This document shows positions 23,981 through 37,234 of a stretch of DNA of 64,000 nt, piece by piece (position 1 is the stretch's first letter; each line of letters opens with the position of its first letter). The notes beneath the pieces are model-generated. The model saw only the letters and a program-made list of their open reading frames with translations. It had not been told where the DNA came from and did not search any database. Position numbers and translations under genes: made by a program. Source of the stretch: Dicyema japonicum (Eukaryota > Animalia > Dicyemida); assembly GCA_011109175.1 (NCBI GenBank), contig RDEW01000010.1, forward strand, positions 1,206,796-1,270,795, read 5' to 3'.

Positions 23981-26900
23981 TAAGAATATCTTCAAACACA
24001 TTTTTTTCGCGGGCCGGACTATTAATTTTTGATTTAACAAGATATTTGAAAATGAAAATAAATTAAAACAGCAGGTTATGGAATAGGTATCTATCAGTCC
24101 GCCGGTTGGCCTGGACTGTTCATCCGGGTACCCCTTTTCCTTAAAATCCATCCATTTACTTGTCTACCTAGTTACACATTTTGATTTGAATATCTACCCT
24201 TACTGTTTTCTTCCTCAGTCAGGCCTTCGTTCAATTTCTTCCCAAGGGATAGTTTGATCGCCGCTCGCCTTGTTTTCTCTAGTCGGGCGAGAATCTTCAC
24301 TCTCGAGGGTCGTCGTAAATAAGTCTGGGAAGAGTCACATTCCGAAAGACAAAGAGCATGGTATCAACATCCAACCTTAGTCTTCTAGTGCAGAACAATG
24401 CTTGCACAGCCTTCTTCCTTCGCTCTTCGATGTCCTTCAGGTATGATTTTCTCCCATCTACTGCAATCCCCAGGTATTTCAGGGATGAAACTCTCGGTGT
24501 ACGAAGAGTGTAGGACTCTTCCTGATGCCTACCCGGCCTGCTTATCCTCAAGTAACTGGATTTTTCCGTGGAGAGTTTCGTGCCTCTCCGATCGCACCAA
24601 CCCTGGACTTTGTCGATAAAAGCTCCTAGTCGCCGCTCTGAGAGGTATGCCTTCAGAGACGAATCCAGGATTAAGATGTCGTCCGCGTATATCATCAACT
24701 TGGTCCTGACGTCTTGCGGTGACGGAAAATCTTCCATAAATACGTTGAATAACAGGGGGAGATGGCACTCCCCTTTTAAGCGATATACCATCAGAATATC
24801 TTCCACCGACTACCACGTGAGATATCCTCCCAGTCAAATAGTCTTTCAACCATAGGAACATTTGTTTAGATATCTTTGATCGTACAAGTTGACAAAATAA
24901 GGCTTTGTGCCATACACTGTCGATGCCTTTGAGATGTCAAGGCAAACAAGGCTCAACTGGCTTTTCTTCTAAAATGCATTTGTAATTTCGTAGTTTAGTG
25001 AGTAAATACAATTTCCGCACGATCTTCCCGGACGGAAACCTCATTGGAAAGGTCGTAGAAAGTTACTCTCTTCTATATACCGATTCAATCTCTTGAATAC
25101 AATCCGTTCCATAATCTTTGATGTAGAACATATAAGCTTATTGGCCTATAACTAAGAGGATCCTTCCTCGACTTTCCAGGTTTGTGGATCATCTTCACAA
25201 TAGAACGCTTCCATAACGGAGGAACATGTCCGAGCTTAAAACTCGAGTTATACATCTTTTGTAGAACAAATAGTAGTTCATCGGACCCTTCTTTAAACAT
25301 AATCATCGGAATGCTGTCGAATCCAGGAGCCTTTTTTTGCACTCGCGTATAGCAGTTCTGACTTCTGCCAGAGTGATTTCCTCTACCAGACTTCGCCCAT
25401 AGAGTGATCCATAGAATTAGATATCTCCTCTGAAAATTTCTTAGGTATAATACTAACAGGGTCAACTCCCTGTATATTTTCCACTTGTTTTCTAATACTG
25501 AAGGTACTCTTTCCAAGGGAATTGTCCTTCCCTCTTGATCGGCAAGCACAATATTTTTTGCCTTTAAATTTCCATCAGTTAGCCTTCTGTACATTTTCCA
25601 GAAACAAGGGTTCTTCCAGTTAACTTTCGAGGCTGCATTCTTCAATTTATTTTCGGCGTTTACTTTCCAAGTTTTTGTGATATTTTTTGAATCACATCAA
25701 TTCTACTTTTCAGAGTTGTCCTGTCACAAATCAACACATCGTCTGTGCTTCGCCTTCAGAGTATTCCTCTCGCGAATAAGATTCCGTAATGAAGGTGGGC
25801 AAGACTGTTTGTTCTTCAGAAAGCTCTTGGAGTAGACCTTCTTTCCATATAGTCATAGATACATCAGCATAGTATTGGATAGTTCCCAGTTAAAAACGTC
25901 CAGGTGTAGAAAAAAATGAGTCTTATTAGTACGGTCTTCGACAAATAATGGCGATAATGTCCCCAGTCTATCGACGAGGTATCAAAGAATAAGAAAATAC
26001 CTTCAGCAATGTTCGACTCCAGGTTTATAGTTACTTCCTGAGGGATATGATCACTCCCTATGTCCCAAAGTAATTTTGGTCTGTCTACATGATCCAGGAG
26101 TTGTGGAGACACTAGAGCCAATCCAAGCATGTCACCGCCATAGTGTGAGAAATGGTTAGGTTCCTCAGACGTCAAGACTTCAACTCCAATTTCGCTAACC
26201 AGATCTGCTAGGAGTCGCCCGTCCCCGTTGTTTTTGCAACATCCGTAGCTCGTATTCTTAGCATTCAGGTCTCCTACCAAGATCGACATAGGGTTTGTTT
26301 CGAAAAATTGAACAATTTTCGCAGAGATCGAGTCATGTCCTTAGAGTAGCCCTCCCACGCTTATCCATGTCCCTCCACATTGTATATCGACGGACACAAA
26401 TTCCGATTCGTCGGCCAATACAGTTGTTCAGACGTGCAATAATTTCATTTAGCTCCCGAGACACCGTCTCGGAGACTACTGCCTTGTTCTGCTTAAGTTT
26501 CCATGTAGCACTCCGCTCCACCACCCATCCTGAGTATGTAATATATTGGTCCTCATCATCTCTTGTGTTTGCTTGACCGCTTCTGAGATACCGTCTCGGA
26601 AACTTCTGACTTGCTCTGCATAAGTTTCCTTGTAGCACTCCGCTCCACCGGCGGGACTATTAATTTGTGATTTAACAGGATATTTGATTCATACCATGAT
26701 TTTTATAATATTTTGAAATTTTTTTATAATTTAAAAACATTTAACAACATATTTATTATTTTTTAAATTAAAATATGTTCCTGAAACTTGACATCTTTTT
26801 TTCTTCATAATAGCGTCATATCTCGTGTTAAATCCGAGTTACCGTCAATCTTAGAATTTCATTTAGATGAGTGTGTGAGCCTTAAACGAAATCTTGTTTT

Positions 26901-28012
26901 GTTTATGTTCATTAAAGAGATCAGTTGTTCACATTGATATGTACTCCCAAACATGGGCAAAATCATCGCAGCTAGGGCTGTTAAGTTGGGATACTCTGGC
27001 AAGAGATATTTATAAAAGCTGCCTAAGCCCACCATGGTGAATTTATTTTTCAGATCTGAGTCATATTTCAAATCAATAATTTCCAGTTGTAGGCTGGCTG
27101 GAAGATGAGCAATATTTGCAGTAAATGGCATCGAAAAACAGTAAATTCATTTTCAAATTCACGGAAAATTTCAAAACGTGTCGTAGCAATCCTGTAATTT
27201 TCTCTTTATACCGATTTATGTCACATTAGATGTGGTGGAAATTACACTTTTTAAACAAGAAAAATTCTCAGGGTTTCCCACTGTCAATTGCGTCTCCCAT
27301 AACATTAGTTTCATAGTGAAAGCTTGTTTGTATTCGAAATAATGTGTAAAAACTTTATTTCGGCCTTGCAAACTTTTGTTAAGTGTGTTCAGGTGTTCTG
27401 AAATATCCACCAAAAAAGCTAAATATAGCAACCAATCAAGAGATTCCAATTCTGGTAATGGTTTGTTCTTTGTAAACATGAATATATATTGAAGCTGCCA
27501 CTTTTTTGAAAGATCTGCATTTGGTATCAACTTTACGTTTTGTTGAAAAAGACAATTTCACAAGACCAGAAAAACAATTATATGTCGTGAGAGTGATTGA
27601 GCGCTGAGCGTGATGACAGGTGCCAACATCTGTCATGTTAATTGAAAATTAATCAATACTTAAGTTTTGAAATAATTTGTGCATTTTTATATAAAATCAT
27701 TATTTTTACTGATAGAAATCAATCTTAGGTGATAATAATTATATTATGTCGAGAGCGCAGAGAGTGATCCATCACTGTCAATTATCGTAAAAAAATAAAA
27801 TAATCCTCATGCACTGGAGATCTCCGCGAACGCCGCTGGCTGTTTGAGCTAATTTCGCTCGCAATTCTGAGAGGGAACAGCCACGCAGTGAGGGCGGCAG
27901 CTAACTGATGTTTTGTCCTTTTTTTATTTGATATAAAAATAAAAAAATACTTTTAAACTTATGTCGCGGGCCATATGAGACCATGAAGTGGGCCGTATCT
28001 TTGACATTCCTG
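23981..28012 (-). mobile_element. Decayed hAT (GTF2IRD2-like transposase) interrupted by a LINE
   Basis: Right TIR GGCCGTATCTTTGACATTCCTG ends at 28012; degenerate left end TCAAACACATTTTTTTCGCGGGCCG. ORF pieces WLLYLAFLVDISEHLNTLNKSLQG, LQLEIIDL, MFGSTYQCEQLISLM. Confidence 0.85.
24050..26652 (-). mobile_element. LINE (Jockey/I-like) with APE and RT, decayed, nested in the hAT
   Basis: ILVGDLNAK, IGSDHIP, KAPGFDSI, SYRPISL, YADDIL, KYLGI. Flanked by a ~33-bp direct repeat GGACTATTAATTT.TGATTTAACA.GATATTTGA at ~24017 and ~26654. Confidence 0.92.
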
Positions 28013-28108
28013 TATTAAATGATTAGTTTCGATGTTATTCAGAATTTATTTAAATTTATATAAAAAATTAATAAATATTTATTTATTTTTTTAAATTTAT
28101 AAAAGTAT

Positions 28109-29259
28109 TTATGAGTCATAAACTATGAATTTCTGCATTAATTAACAAAATTTTTAAAGATTAAAGAATACTGACTATTTATGCCAAATACAAAAATTTG
28201 GAAATGATGGTTATCTCGAGAATTGAGGATTTGGTCACCGTAAAATACGATTTGCTAATGTATGTAGTTTTTTTATTTTCTAGATTTTTCGTTGTCTCTA
28301 TTTTTGTCTGCTTTATCGTTAATCTGTTACTATTTCAGTCATCGGTTGTCTGGGTGTAGGTTGGTGGGGCTTGTTAACTTCTAAGCGCAGGGTTTTTGAT
28401 CCAACAGTATGTTTACCTCAAAGGCTTTGAACTGATCCTTGGCCGGTCCCATTCACCTCAAATTTGGAATCTTATGACAAATATTACAACATAAGTCTTA
28501 TTTCTGCCATTGTATTGGGACTGATTGACCTGATTTTTGTCCTCATAATTTTTGGTTGCTACAAATCAATCAGAATTCGGGCTCAGCTCATAAAGAAGAG
28601 TTCCAAGTATTGGATAGACTTCTTAAAATTAGGGCACTCCGTTACATTTTGGGGTATTTTGTGGGCATTAATTCCTATGGTGGGAATAGCTATAGTTACC
28701 TTATTTTGCTTCGCCACTGCTGCGTAGCATTCCACGTGAACCTTAGGTATCTCCAAACCAGTGGAAGGCGAGTCTCCGAACAAGCAAGAATGAGCGCGAA
28801 CTGGTAATGCATCTAAATGTGGCGATCAACGTCATTCATCGGTTTCTCAAAAAAGTGGCATTTACGTATACTTGAATTTGTAGTTTAGATGTCGACCGTA
28901 TTACTCTGTCTACATATCGATCACGTGGTTCTGGATGAGTCAGTTCATTGATGACTTTTCACGTGCGTGATTAGTGGCTCGTTTAGTCAATATTATTGGG
29001 TTTAAATAAGTCTGAGGATATTTCAATGTTTCCGTCGTTAAGTCTTTCTTCATCGTTTTGCGGTTTTCACTGCAAATTTTTACAATTAGGTATCACCTTG
29101 GGTCCGTGGCCTTTGGATCCTTCACTATTGCTCTGGTCACATTCTTCAGAACTTGTCTCGACTACACGTCAAAACAACTGAAATTTGCCAATAAATTTGT
29201 CAACTCAACATTCCAGTAACGATTTTGGTTAAATTTGGTAGAAGTTTCAAAAGTCGTTT
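28109..29259 (+). pseudogene. Partial segmental duplicate of the SLC44 locus (13681-13760 joined to 15264-16378)
   Basis: Long near-identical alignment that retains introns, so a DNA-level copy; ~1.5 kb deleted at a CAAAAATT microhomology. Confidence 0.92.
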
Positions 29260-29260
29260 A

Positions 29261-29620
29261 GTTGTAATATTTGTCATAAGAATCCAAATTTGGGGTGAAT
29301 GGGACCGGCCAAGGATCAGTTCCAATGCCTTTGTGGTAAACATACTGTTGGATCAAATACCCTGCGCCTAGAAGTTAACAAGTTCTACCAACCTACTCCC
29401 AGACAACCGATGACTGAAATAGTAACAGAATAACGATAAAGCAGACAAAAATGGAGACAACGAAGAATCTAGAAAATAAAAAACTACATTCATTAGCAAA
29501 TCGTATTTTACGGTGACCAAATCCTCAATTCTCCAGATAACCATCATTTCCAAATTTTTGTATTTGGCATAATTATTCAGCATTCTTTAATCTAAAAATT
29601 TTGTTAATTAATACATAAAT
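29261..29620 (-). repeat. Inverted duplicate of 28130-28490 (fold-back arm, ~360 bp)
   Basis: Reverse complement aligns end to end and shares the internal deletion TTAC/TATTTCAG with the direct arm. Confidence 0.92.
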
Positions 29621-30240
29621 ACGGCCATTTAAACGCTATAAACGTTGAGATGGGTGGTAAGCCTGCGAATAGTTTGGAAGATCTTAAAAATTTCTGACTT
29701 CCGAGTGAAATTTTGAGGAAGCTTTGGAAATCTTCAGAACTATTTCTTTTCAACACTGGTTTGTTACTCCTCTTAGGAATATCAAAGAATTTATCAGTTG
29801 AAGTTGATTTACTCTTTATTTTAGTTGAAGGGATTGATTGACATTTGTGAGTACATTCTTGGACTCTCAATTGAGTTGCATCGTGAGAGACTATCCAATG
29901 AATCACTTTCTGATAATAAACGATAATGTGAGATAGCTCTCTATTTCGTCAACTGCACTCTCCAGCAGTCTCATCAAATAATTAGATTGATACAAGTCAT
30001 GGACCCTACTTATAATTTAAAAAACTATAAAACGGTCATTCACCTGGCTAATAGACTGATTAAGCTTCCCCCCTCACGAAAATGAAAATCCGGTGACATT
30101 ATGACCTAACCGTTATAGGCATGGGCAATCATACCTGATAGCAGCAAAGACCCGGTAGATACTGTTCCTATTGATTACCTGACCCCATATGCGGGGTTAT
30201 AAGCTACATCCCAGTATTTAGTAGTAAATGTTGTCTCACA

Positions 30241-30298
30241 CTTTTAAACTTATGGCGCGGGCCATTTGAGACCGCGGGCCGTATCTTTGACATCCCTG
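30241..30298 (-). mobile_element. Solo hAT terminus
   Basis: TTTTAAACTTATG.CGCGGGCCAT..GGCCGTATCTTTGACATCCCTG matches 27951-28012; a related end CAGGCATGTCAAAC lies at ~52798. Confidence 0.75.
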
Positions 30299-30511
30299 CT
30301 CTAACTATTCCGATGAAGCTTTTATGCCGGGTAATTAGCACATTTCATCGAGAAATTGATTTTTCTTAAAAGTTGCAAACCTCTTATGTTCTCCGTGCAG
30401 CCAGTTGACTAGTTCACTAAAACTTTTTGTTGGATTTTTATTCAACATAATACATCATGTTCTTAGAGCAGCCAATGTACTACCTCACTCAGACATTTTG
30501 TTTCATTTTTA

Positions 30512-32226
30512 CGACCTCACAGACCCACTTATCGAAGGCTTTGACCCACTAGGATATCAGTATACACGTGATTTGACGTATCTACTCCAGTAATTCACAG
30601 CATTTGCCAGTCTCTGCTCGTCCGTGTTCAATTTATCCTGAGAGTTCCCCCACTGGTGACTCAACTCCAGTCTCTGCTCGTCCGGGTTTAATGTACCCAG
30701 AGAGTTCCCCAACATATAATATGGATGATTTGAAAGAGGAGTACTTTGGAGATGAGACAAAGCCTAAGCATGATATTCCCGAGTGGCAAGTTCATGTTAG
30801 CATGTGAGTGGGCGATATTACTGCTTTGTGTGAAAGACAAAAAATTCGGATATAAGGACTGTTTTTAAGGAGTTGGATATTAATGATACTGTTTGTATGA
30901 CTCTTGAATCGCTTTATTGTCTGGTTCAGTATTTTTTAGGTCACTGATAAGTAGGCCACTGAGAGAAGCAGAGATTAATGGATGTGTCTTTTTTTCAACA
31001 AATTGTGGTTATTCATGGTTTTAAGTAATAAATTGAATGTCACGTGATTATTATGCATAAACTGCTTTATGGATGGGAGATTGTATCAACTAGAATGTGA
31101 ATCGTTAAAACTTAGTGAAAGTTAAATTATTACTCATCATTTAACAAAGCTTATATTTTTCACATTTACATTTTTATTCAAATGACATTTGATTTGGGTC
31201 GAATCCAAAGATGGAGTTTTCAGCGAAGGTCTATTCTCTTCGAACAGATCTCACCCGTCCGAGTCCTTCTAGCAAACACAATAGTTGAAAGGGATCTTCC
31301 AACCTTCTCCCTGACCAAATCCACTTTGAAGATTACGCTTCCGCCGAATCTGTCCATTTAATAAATTTAGTGTATTTTTAACAAATCTTTAGTTAGGATA
31401 CCGGAGAACCTGGAAGTAGGAGTAGGGTGGACATCAATCACTTATTTCAAGAGTTCAAAATGTAGAATAATGGGATTTATACATCAATGCTTCCATCAAG
31501 CAGCTCTCCTGGGTTCACCGTGGATGAACCCACGACGGAATTCTCAGTGGAGTTGTCTGCTACATTTCAACCCCAAATCGAGATCTTACAAAAGCCGTAC
31601 TCTCATTTACTGAGATGTTCTCTGAATACATGAATTCTACAGTAACTCACCTCGTGCTTTCTCGGGTTGGCTTGTTTTGCACGGTAGAATTACTCGTGTG
31701 CGGAGAATGTTTCAGTGGTCTCCTGATTGGATATTCAGGTAATAATCGAGACTGATGCTTTAGAGTAAATCGAAGAATACACGTGTCAACGAGACTGCCG
31801 CTCCAGTGAGATCTCCCACGTTTCTATACCAATATGTGCGAATTGATAGATAGTTGTAGTACCAAATGTCATCAGAAGTCTCGAGGGGTGGTTTTAGACA
31901 CGAAACAGTATGTGGAAGTCTGCATGCATTCGATTGCCGGTTCCCTCTCACGAACATGGAGACTCTGTCGTGCATTCCTGGGGGTAAGTGGGTCCTGAGA
32001 GTTTCTTTTTTTATGCATGCAAATCTGCCTCGTTTATTATTGAAGTCTATTGTTGTTGATTTCATAGGAGTTGAGTCACCAGTGGGGGAACTCTTAGGAT
32101 AAATTAAACCCGGACGAGCAGAGACTGCCAAATTCGGTGGATTCTGGCGTAGATACGTAAAATCACGTGTATGCTGATGGTTTTGATATCCTAGGGGGCC
32201 TTTGATGGTTGGGTCTGTGAGGTCAT
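30512..32226. repeat. Inverted ~160-bp repeat pair (30512-30668 / 32068-32226); left copy has a ~60-bp tandem duplication
   Basis: Both arms encode YDLTDP..PLGYQ..TRD.TYL..VSARP..IYP.SSPTGDSTP on opposite strands. Confidence 0.85.
31196..31350 (+). mobile_element. SINE family 'A', 5' fragment
   Basis: GGGTCGAATCCAAAGATGGAGTTTTCAGCGAAGGTC..GTTGAAAGGGATCT..CTCCCTGACCAAATCC. Confidence 0.8.
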
Positions 32227-32289
32227 AGTTGATTCTGCCACAGAGGACCTGGCTCTTTCCGGCTTGAATTTTACAGCAACTCTGACAAG

Positions 32290-32640
32290 ATGGCCTTTGT
32301 TGAGGCCATGAACGATGCTTGTCCCTTTGGACCGGACAACCACCGGTTCAGAACGCTAACCACAAAACCGTCTGAGATTGTCATAAAGAACGTACCCTTC
32401 TGGGTTATGGATGACGACCTCCTGACTACCTACAGGAGATGGCTCCCTCAACCACGAGGGTTACTCGAATGTCCAGAGGAACACAGACTTTGCCAATGGC
32501 GAAGGTGTCAATCAATAACAAAACAGAGCACTAGTACGTGGGGGCTTCTACATTGGAAGGAACGTGATCACTTGCAAGTGGATGAGAAGAGGGCCGCCGA
32601 TCAAAGCTGTCAACGTTGGAAGTGTCGAGGCCGCATAGGC
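32290..32640 (+). mobile_element. Possible LINE ORF1 (gag-like) fragment
   Basis: EIVIKNVPFWVMDDDLL followed by a degenerate knuckle CQRWKCRGRI. Confidence 0.4.
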
Positions 32641-32789
32641 GGACTAATTAAAAAACCTTGTCCTAACTCCTAATCCGGTTTTTGAATAAAGTTGTTTAAG
32701 TTTTTTAGTGCTATATTTTGATATTTTGATTCTGCATTAAAGAAAAGAAAATGTCGACGATTATAAACATTTATAAATTTTTTTGTTTT

Positions 32790-33160
32790 TCGATTTCGTA
32801 TATTTCTTTTGTGTTATGGTGATTTCTGTTTCTAACATACACGAAAATGTCTGCTTTATTTGGCTGCACTTCAGTTATGACAAGAGTCCACTCGGATATC
32901 CTACCTTTGGGTTGTGATAATTGATCGAAGTGAGTGTGTTTATAGACATTTCGATTTCTTGATTCCATACATTCCACATATATGCAGATGAATTCATCTA
33001 GCAACTTCGTTATGCCTCCTCATATAGTCACTATTAAGGCATTTCTTCTACAACGTGTAGCCAAATGATCCACTGATTTCCTAGCCTTCTTGCAATGACT
33101 ACAAACTGAATCATTGGTATCAAAAAACAAGTTCCTGTCCTGAAGCAAACAACACATGCC
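32790..33160 (-). mobile_element. R4-like (RLE) non-LTR fragment, CCHC knuckle region
   Basis: LLQDRNLFF..CSHCKKARKSVDHLATRC..EVQPNKADIFVY. Confidence 0.8.
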
Positions 33161-33379
33161 ACTTCAGGAAAATGGACCCTTGCTTGTCTTTACTTCCAGT
33201 TTTGGGTAAAATAAGAGAGAAAATGCCAGAAAGTGAGATTGAAATAATTTATGATCAATTATAAGGTTTTCCTATCAATACTAGTTCAAAACCTATGATG
33301 GAACAGCACAAAATTTTAAACACAAAAAATTTATTTATTCACTGATAATTTCACCATTAATTGCTCTCTTTCATTTTTC

Positions 33380-33640
33380 TGAAGTATCCTCCACAGTCTT
33401 CATGAGTAATCAATTCATGAGATGAGATGTTTCAGCTGTAAATCATCAATAAAGACTATTCGCCGATCCCCAACGTCAAATAATACGGATATCTCCATCT
33501 CCTTGCACAGTTTTATTTTCAACGCCCCCAAGGTCATTGATGCATCTTCATCAACCCACTGCCGTATTAAATTTTTCTGATCAGCAGTCAAGATTGTTCG
33601 ATGATCCCCGTCACACTTGACCACATTTGGTCTTTCCATT
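33380..33640 (-). mobile_element. Tc1/IS630-like transposase remnant, multiply deleted
   Basis: ILTADQKNLIRQWVDEDASMTLGALKIKLCKEMEISV (HTH region) fused directly to IVFIDD. Confidence 0.65.
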
Positions 33641-34965
33641 TTTCAGATATGAAGAAATAATTGTACGAGGAGGTTTCCTGGCTATTGTTTCTTTCATTTT
33701 CCAGGTTGTTTTATGCGGTCATAGGAAGCTGAAATCGGGAGAGGATCTGGATGATCTAGGGCGGTTGCGAGGAACAGGGGAGGATGGAAACGACTTACAG
33801 TGGGTATCCTGAGATGCATGGCAAAAGTGGAATCTAAAATTAATTAACTTTTCTGGTTCCGCGGACATTGCTATTAACAGTTAACAATGTTGGCTGCTCT
33901 CATAATTGAAAACGCACTTCCCCTGACGATTTGCAAGGAAATGCGCTCAATGAGACAGCTCCTTTCTTTCCTATCGTTTTTCTTCTTCGCAATGAGCGAG
34001 CCGATCTTGTTTAGCAGGGTCAGTGAGCTGATTCTGTTGTTTTGACTACCACTGGTTCGAGGATGAATTGTCCTCCAAGAAAGACGACAGATTCTGAGAC
34101 GACTCTTCGTAACCGTTAATGGCGTCACTATAACGATTCAGGTGATTAAGCCACCGACGTATCACTGGTACACTTTTCCATGATTTCTTCAAGGTTGAAG
34201 TATCATCTCGTACTTCTCTTGGACTCAGAAGACATTGGATACATGAATTTTTTGAAATAAGGAAACATCAGATGGACTAATGTTAGGATTCAATGTCCGT
34301 ATGGTCAATATAGAGCTGTCGAGGAAACAGAACGATAGTAGAGAGTCTGTGCCTTTCCTAAAAAAACCTCAGGCTTCTGGCCACACTCAGAAGCCATAAG
34401 GTCAATGTAACCCGATAGCTATCGTGAGAGGTAACGTCAATTATGATGGCGGGAATAAGCAGTTAGAATATATTGCCTCCGCATCCACAAATGCGAGTGG
34501 CTCAGGGCTCTTTCCTGCGCATCACTGAGGCTATTTATAGAAGATGACTAAACGAACATAATGGGACGAATCTTTGTCAATGGAAGTCCGGGAAATATCT
34601 GCCCTTAAACGACACCTGTATCGAAGGTTTCCTCCATTAAAAACTGACAGCTACTGAGAAAGGATCAGTCTCAGCAAAGGCGGAAACTCTTAAAAATACT
34701 AAACCCTTGAAGGACAGTTCATCTTCAAAACTGTCACAGCCAAAACCTCTGGGATCCTGATCCAACAGTCTTGCGGATCGTTGATAGCAAAAAGGCAAAA
34801 AAGGGATCCAAGAAGAGGTTGATTAAGAGTCGCAACCTGACAATAATAGTTTTGTTCATTCCTCAAATAAATATGTTTATAAACGTCACTTAAATTAATT
34901 TAGTTAAATAAATTTAAATTTTTTTTGATTTGGTTAATAAATTTAAATTTTAATTAAGTTTATAG

Positions 34966-37146
34966 TCAAATCGATTCATAACGCTCAATGAGTAGGTTGT
35001 TGTATTGATTCGTCACCCTCAACAGATTATTTTTGATCGGTCCTAGTCCTCCCTCCTTATACTTTTGTGCGATAGCTATAATGGTACTCCACCAAATAAA
35101 CCTTCTTTATAGGTATTATTTGAGTCTCCCAGACAATCAAGCTTGTTTTTCAGCGAATCAATCTTAACTGTCAATTCAATCATACATATTTGTAATCGGG
35201 ATTCCCGTTTAGCTTCTTCTCGATCGATTCCTTCCATTCTTTGAGCTTCTTTAGTGAAGACCGCAATTCTGATGCGTTAAATTGCTGGATACCAATTTCC
35301 ACATTCTAAGTAAAATACACCAAACACCCGTCTCCGTTCTTCAAACACGTGCTTTAGCTTGTCAAATTGGGAGATTTCGGGTATTTTAGCCTCCATTTCT
35401 TGGCATTCAGATTTCAACTGTATTTCCTCAGCTAACATCGTTTCTTGAAGCTCACTGAGTTTTTCTAATTCAGCCTTCAGGGACTCGTTTTCTGCAACCT
35501 TAATAAGCCGTCAAACCTGAAATTAACTTTGGCAACGAAATTTCAGATCGGCTTCCTTGCAAATCTCGTCTTATCCTTTCCACCTCCTCTTCGGAAGGCA
35601 AATTGTCCAGTTTTTCCCGCTCCTAAAATTTCAACCACATGGACCTGTTTTATTTGTCGATTTAAGGCTGAAATCTCTCGCTCGACGTTTTTGATTGCAT
35701 TCTAAAAGATGAAGCCGAAGGGTACCAATTTCGAATTCATCAAATTTGGATAATTCAGTAGGAGTTCTAAAAGTAATCCTACGGTGGCTTGAACAAACCC
35801 TCAATTTCCACGTGCCTCTTCTGACTCTCCTGTAATCTACTTTCCAATTCTTCGATATTTGAATTCGAGTCTAAATCGATCGCTTTCAATTCTTCTTCCA
35901 GTTGGGAGATATTAGACTTACAGACTTCAATTCTGGACTTACAGGGACAGCTACTGTCTTTCGATGACTGCAATCTCCTGGTTGTCGTTGCGGACCTGAA
36001 CGAGTAAATCCTCACGTTTTTTGTCGGGGTTAGTCTTGAGTGATATCTCTTGCCTCAGTTCATCCCTTTTGGCGGTTAAGGCGGAAATTTCCTCCAAATA
36101 TTTAGCTTTTTTGAGAAATATAAATACCGACCGCCGATTTTGCAGGATCCCCCGAAATGAGCTAAAATTTCGATAACAAAAACTTTAAGGATTTGTTCCT
36201 TTTTCGTTTTCAGTGACTGAATTCTGATATAAATTCTCCAGGTCGGCTTCACAGTCACTCTTCTGACTGTAAAGACTCCGATACTCAGCTGCCGTCGATT
36301 CGTCCTATTTTGAGTTCCTCATTAAACCATTTCAGCGACCAGGTTTTCCAAATTCTCCTCAGAGAGCTGGGATTCCAACTGTGCTAGGCGTTTTTCAGAA
36401 CTACGATTACGTCATCTAACCTCACTCGTTTCTCGAATCAATCAATATGTCCAACCGAGCTGATAACTGATGATTTTCATAGGCGGCCCAAATTACTTTA
36501 CAAGGAATACCTCGTTCACTTCCCTTTCGATGTCTCCAACAGTCTCCCCCGAGTTGATTTTGTCAAGCAACTGTTAAAATTAGCAATTTTGAGGGAAAAA
36601 TATTATTCTGCTTGTTTTTATTTACCGTGTTGTACTGACTTAGTTGGTCCTTCAACTTTGCATTCTCGGCTGTGAGTTGGTTGAATCTGGTGAGTCAGAA
36701 AGGTACTTTTGGTCGTAGACTGTCTGCATTTCGTGCTCCGTCTGTTCCGTCTCCACTTTTTCTTCCAAGCGGTTTATTTCAGTGAAGATTTCGTTGACTT
36801 TGTTTCTTGGCATTTCCTAAGCTCAAACCTTAATATTCCAATGTAATACGTCTTGTCTTGGACATTTCTTTTGGAGGCTACAATGTTATGAGCACGTGAC
36901 CTGTGTCTAATCGTAGACCCCCAAGTCCCTGCTGTGTCGTAGGACGATCTTGTATTCGAACTGCAGAGTTGATAGCTTAATTAAGTTTACTGATTACATA
37001 ATCCGACTGGCCTCTGTGATTGCTCGTTTCTCTAAAGTCATAACCGTGCCATGTACTGCTGCCGTTGATAGCCTCGTCGCTGTCCCGGTCGTCTGTCTGT
37101 TAGCCAGCACTAATTGTTAGGTAGTCATTGTACATTCCCGCTTCAT
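34966..37146 (-). CDS. IFT74: Intraflagellar transport protein 74, roughly 17-18 micro-introns
   Basis: Spliced RIQDRPTTQQGLGGLR..RNVQDKTYYIGILRNKVNEI..DQLSQYNTLLDKIN..LLVQVRNDNQEIAVIERQ..PIKNNL..QYNNLL matches IFT74 throughout; the frame is continuous. Confidence 0.95.
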
Positions 37147-37234
37147 TGTTAGTCGCCTAGCAATTTATTTTCTAATATTTTTAAGTTAATTTTTTAAATT
37201 ATTTTTTTATTATAAAACCTGTTTAAATTTTTCA

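Noticed and set aside
26463-30710. Spaced ~60-bp direct repeats as a CRISPR-like array
   Set aside because: Only two units at each site, inside eukaryotic repeats, and no cas genes.
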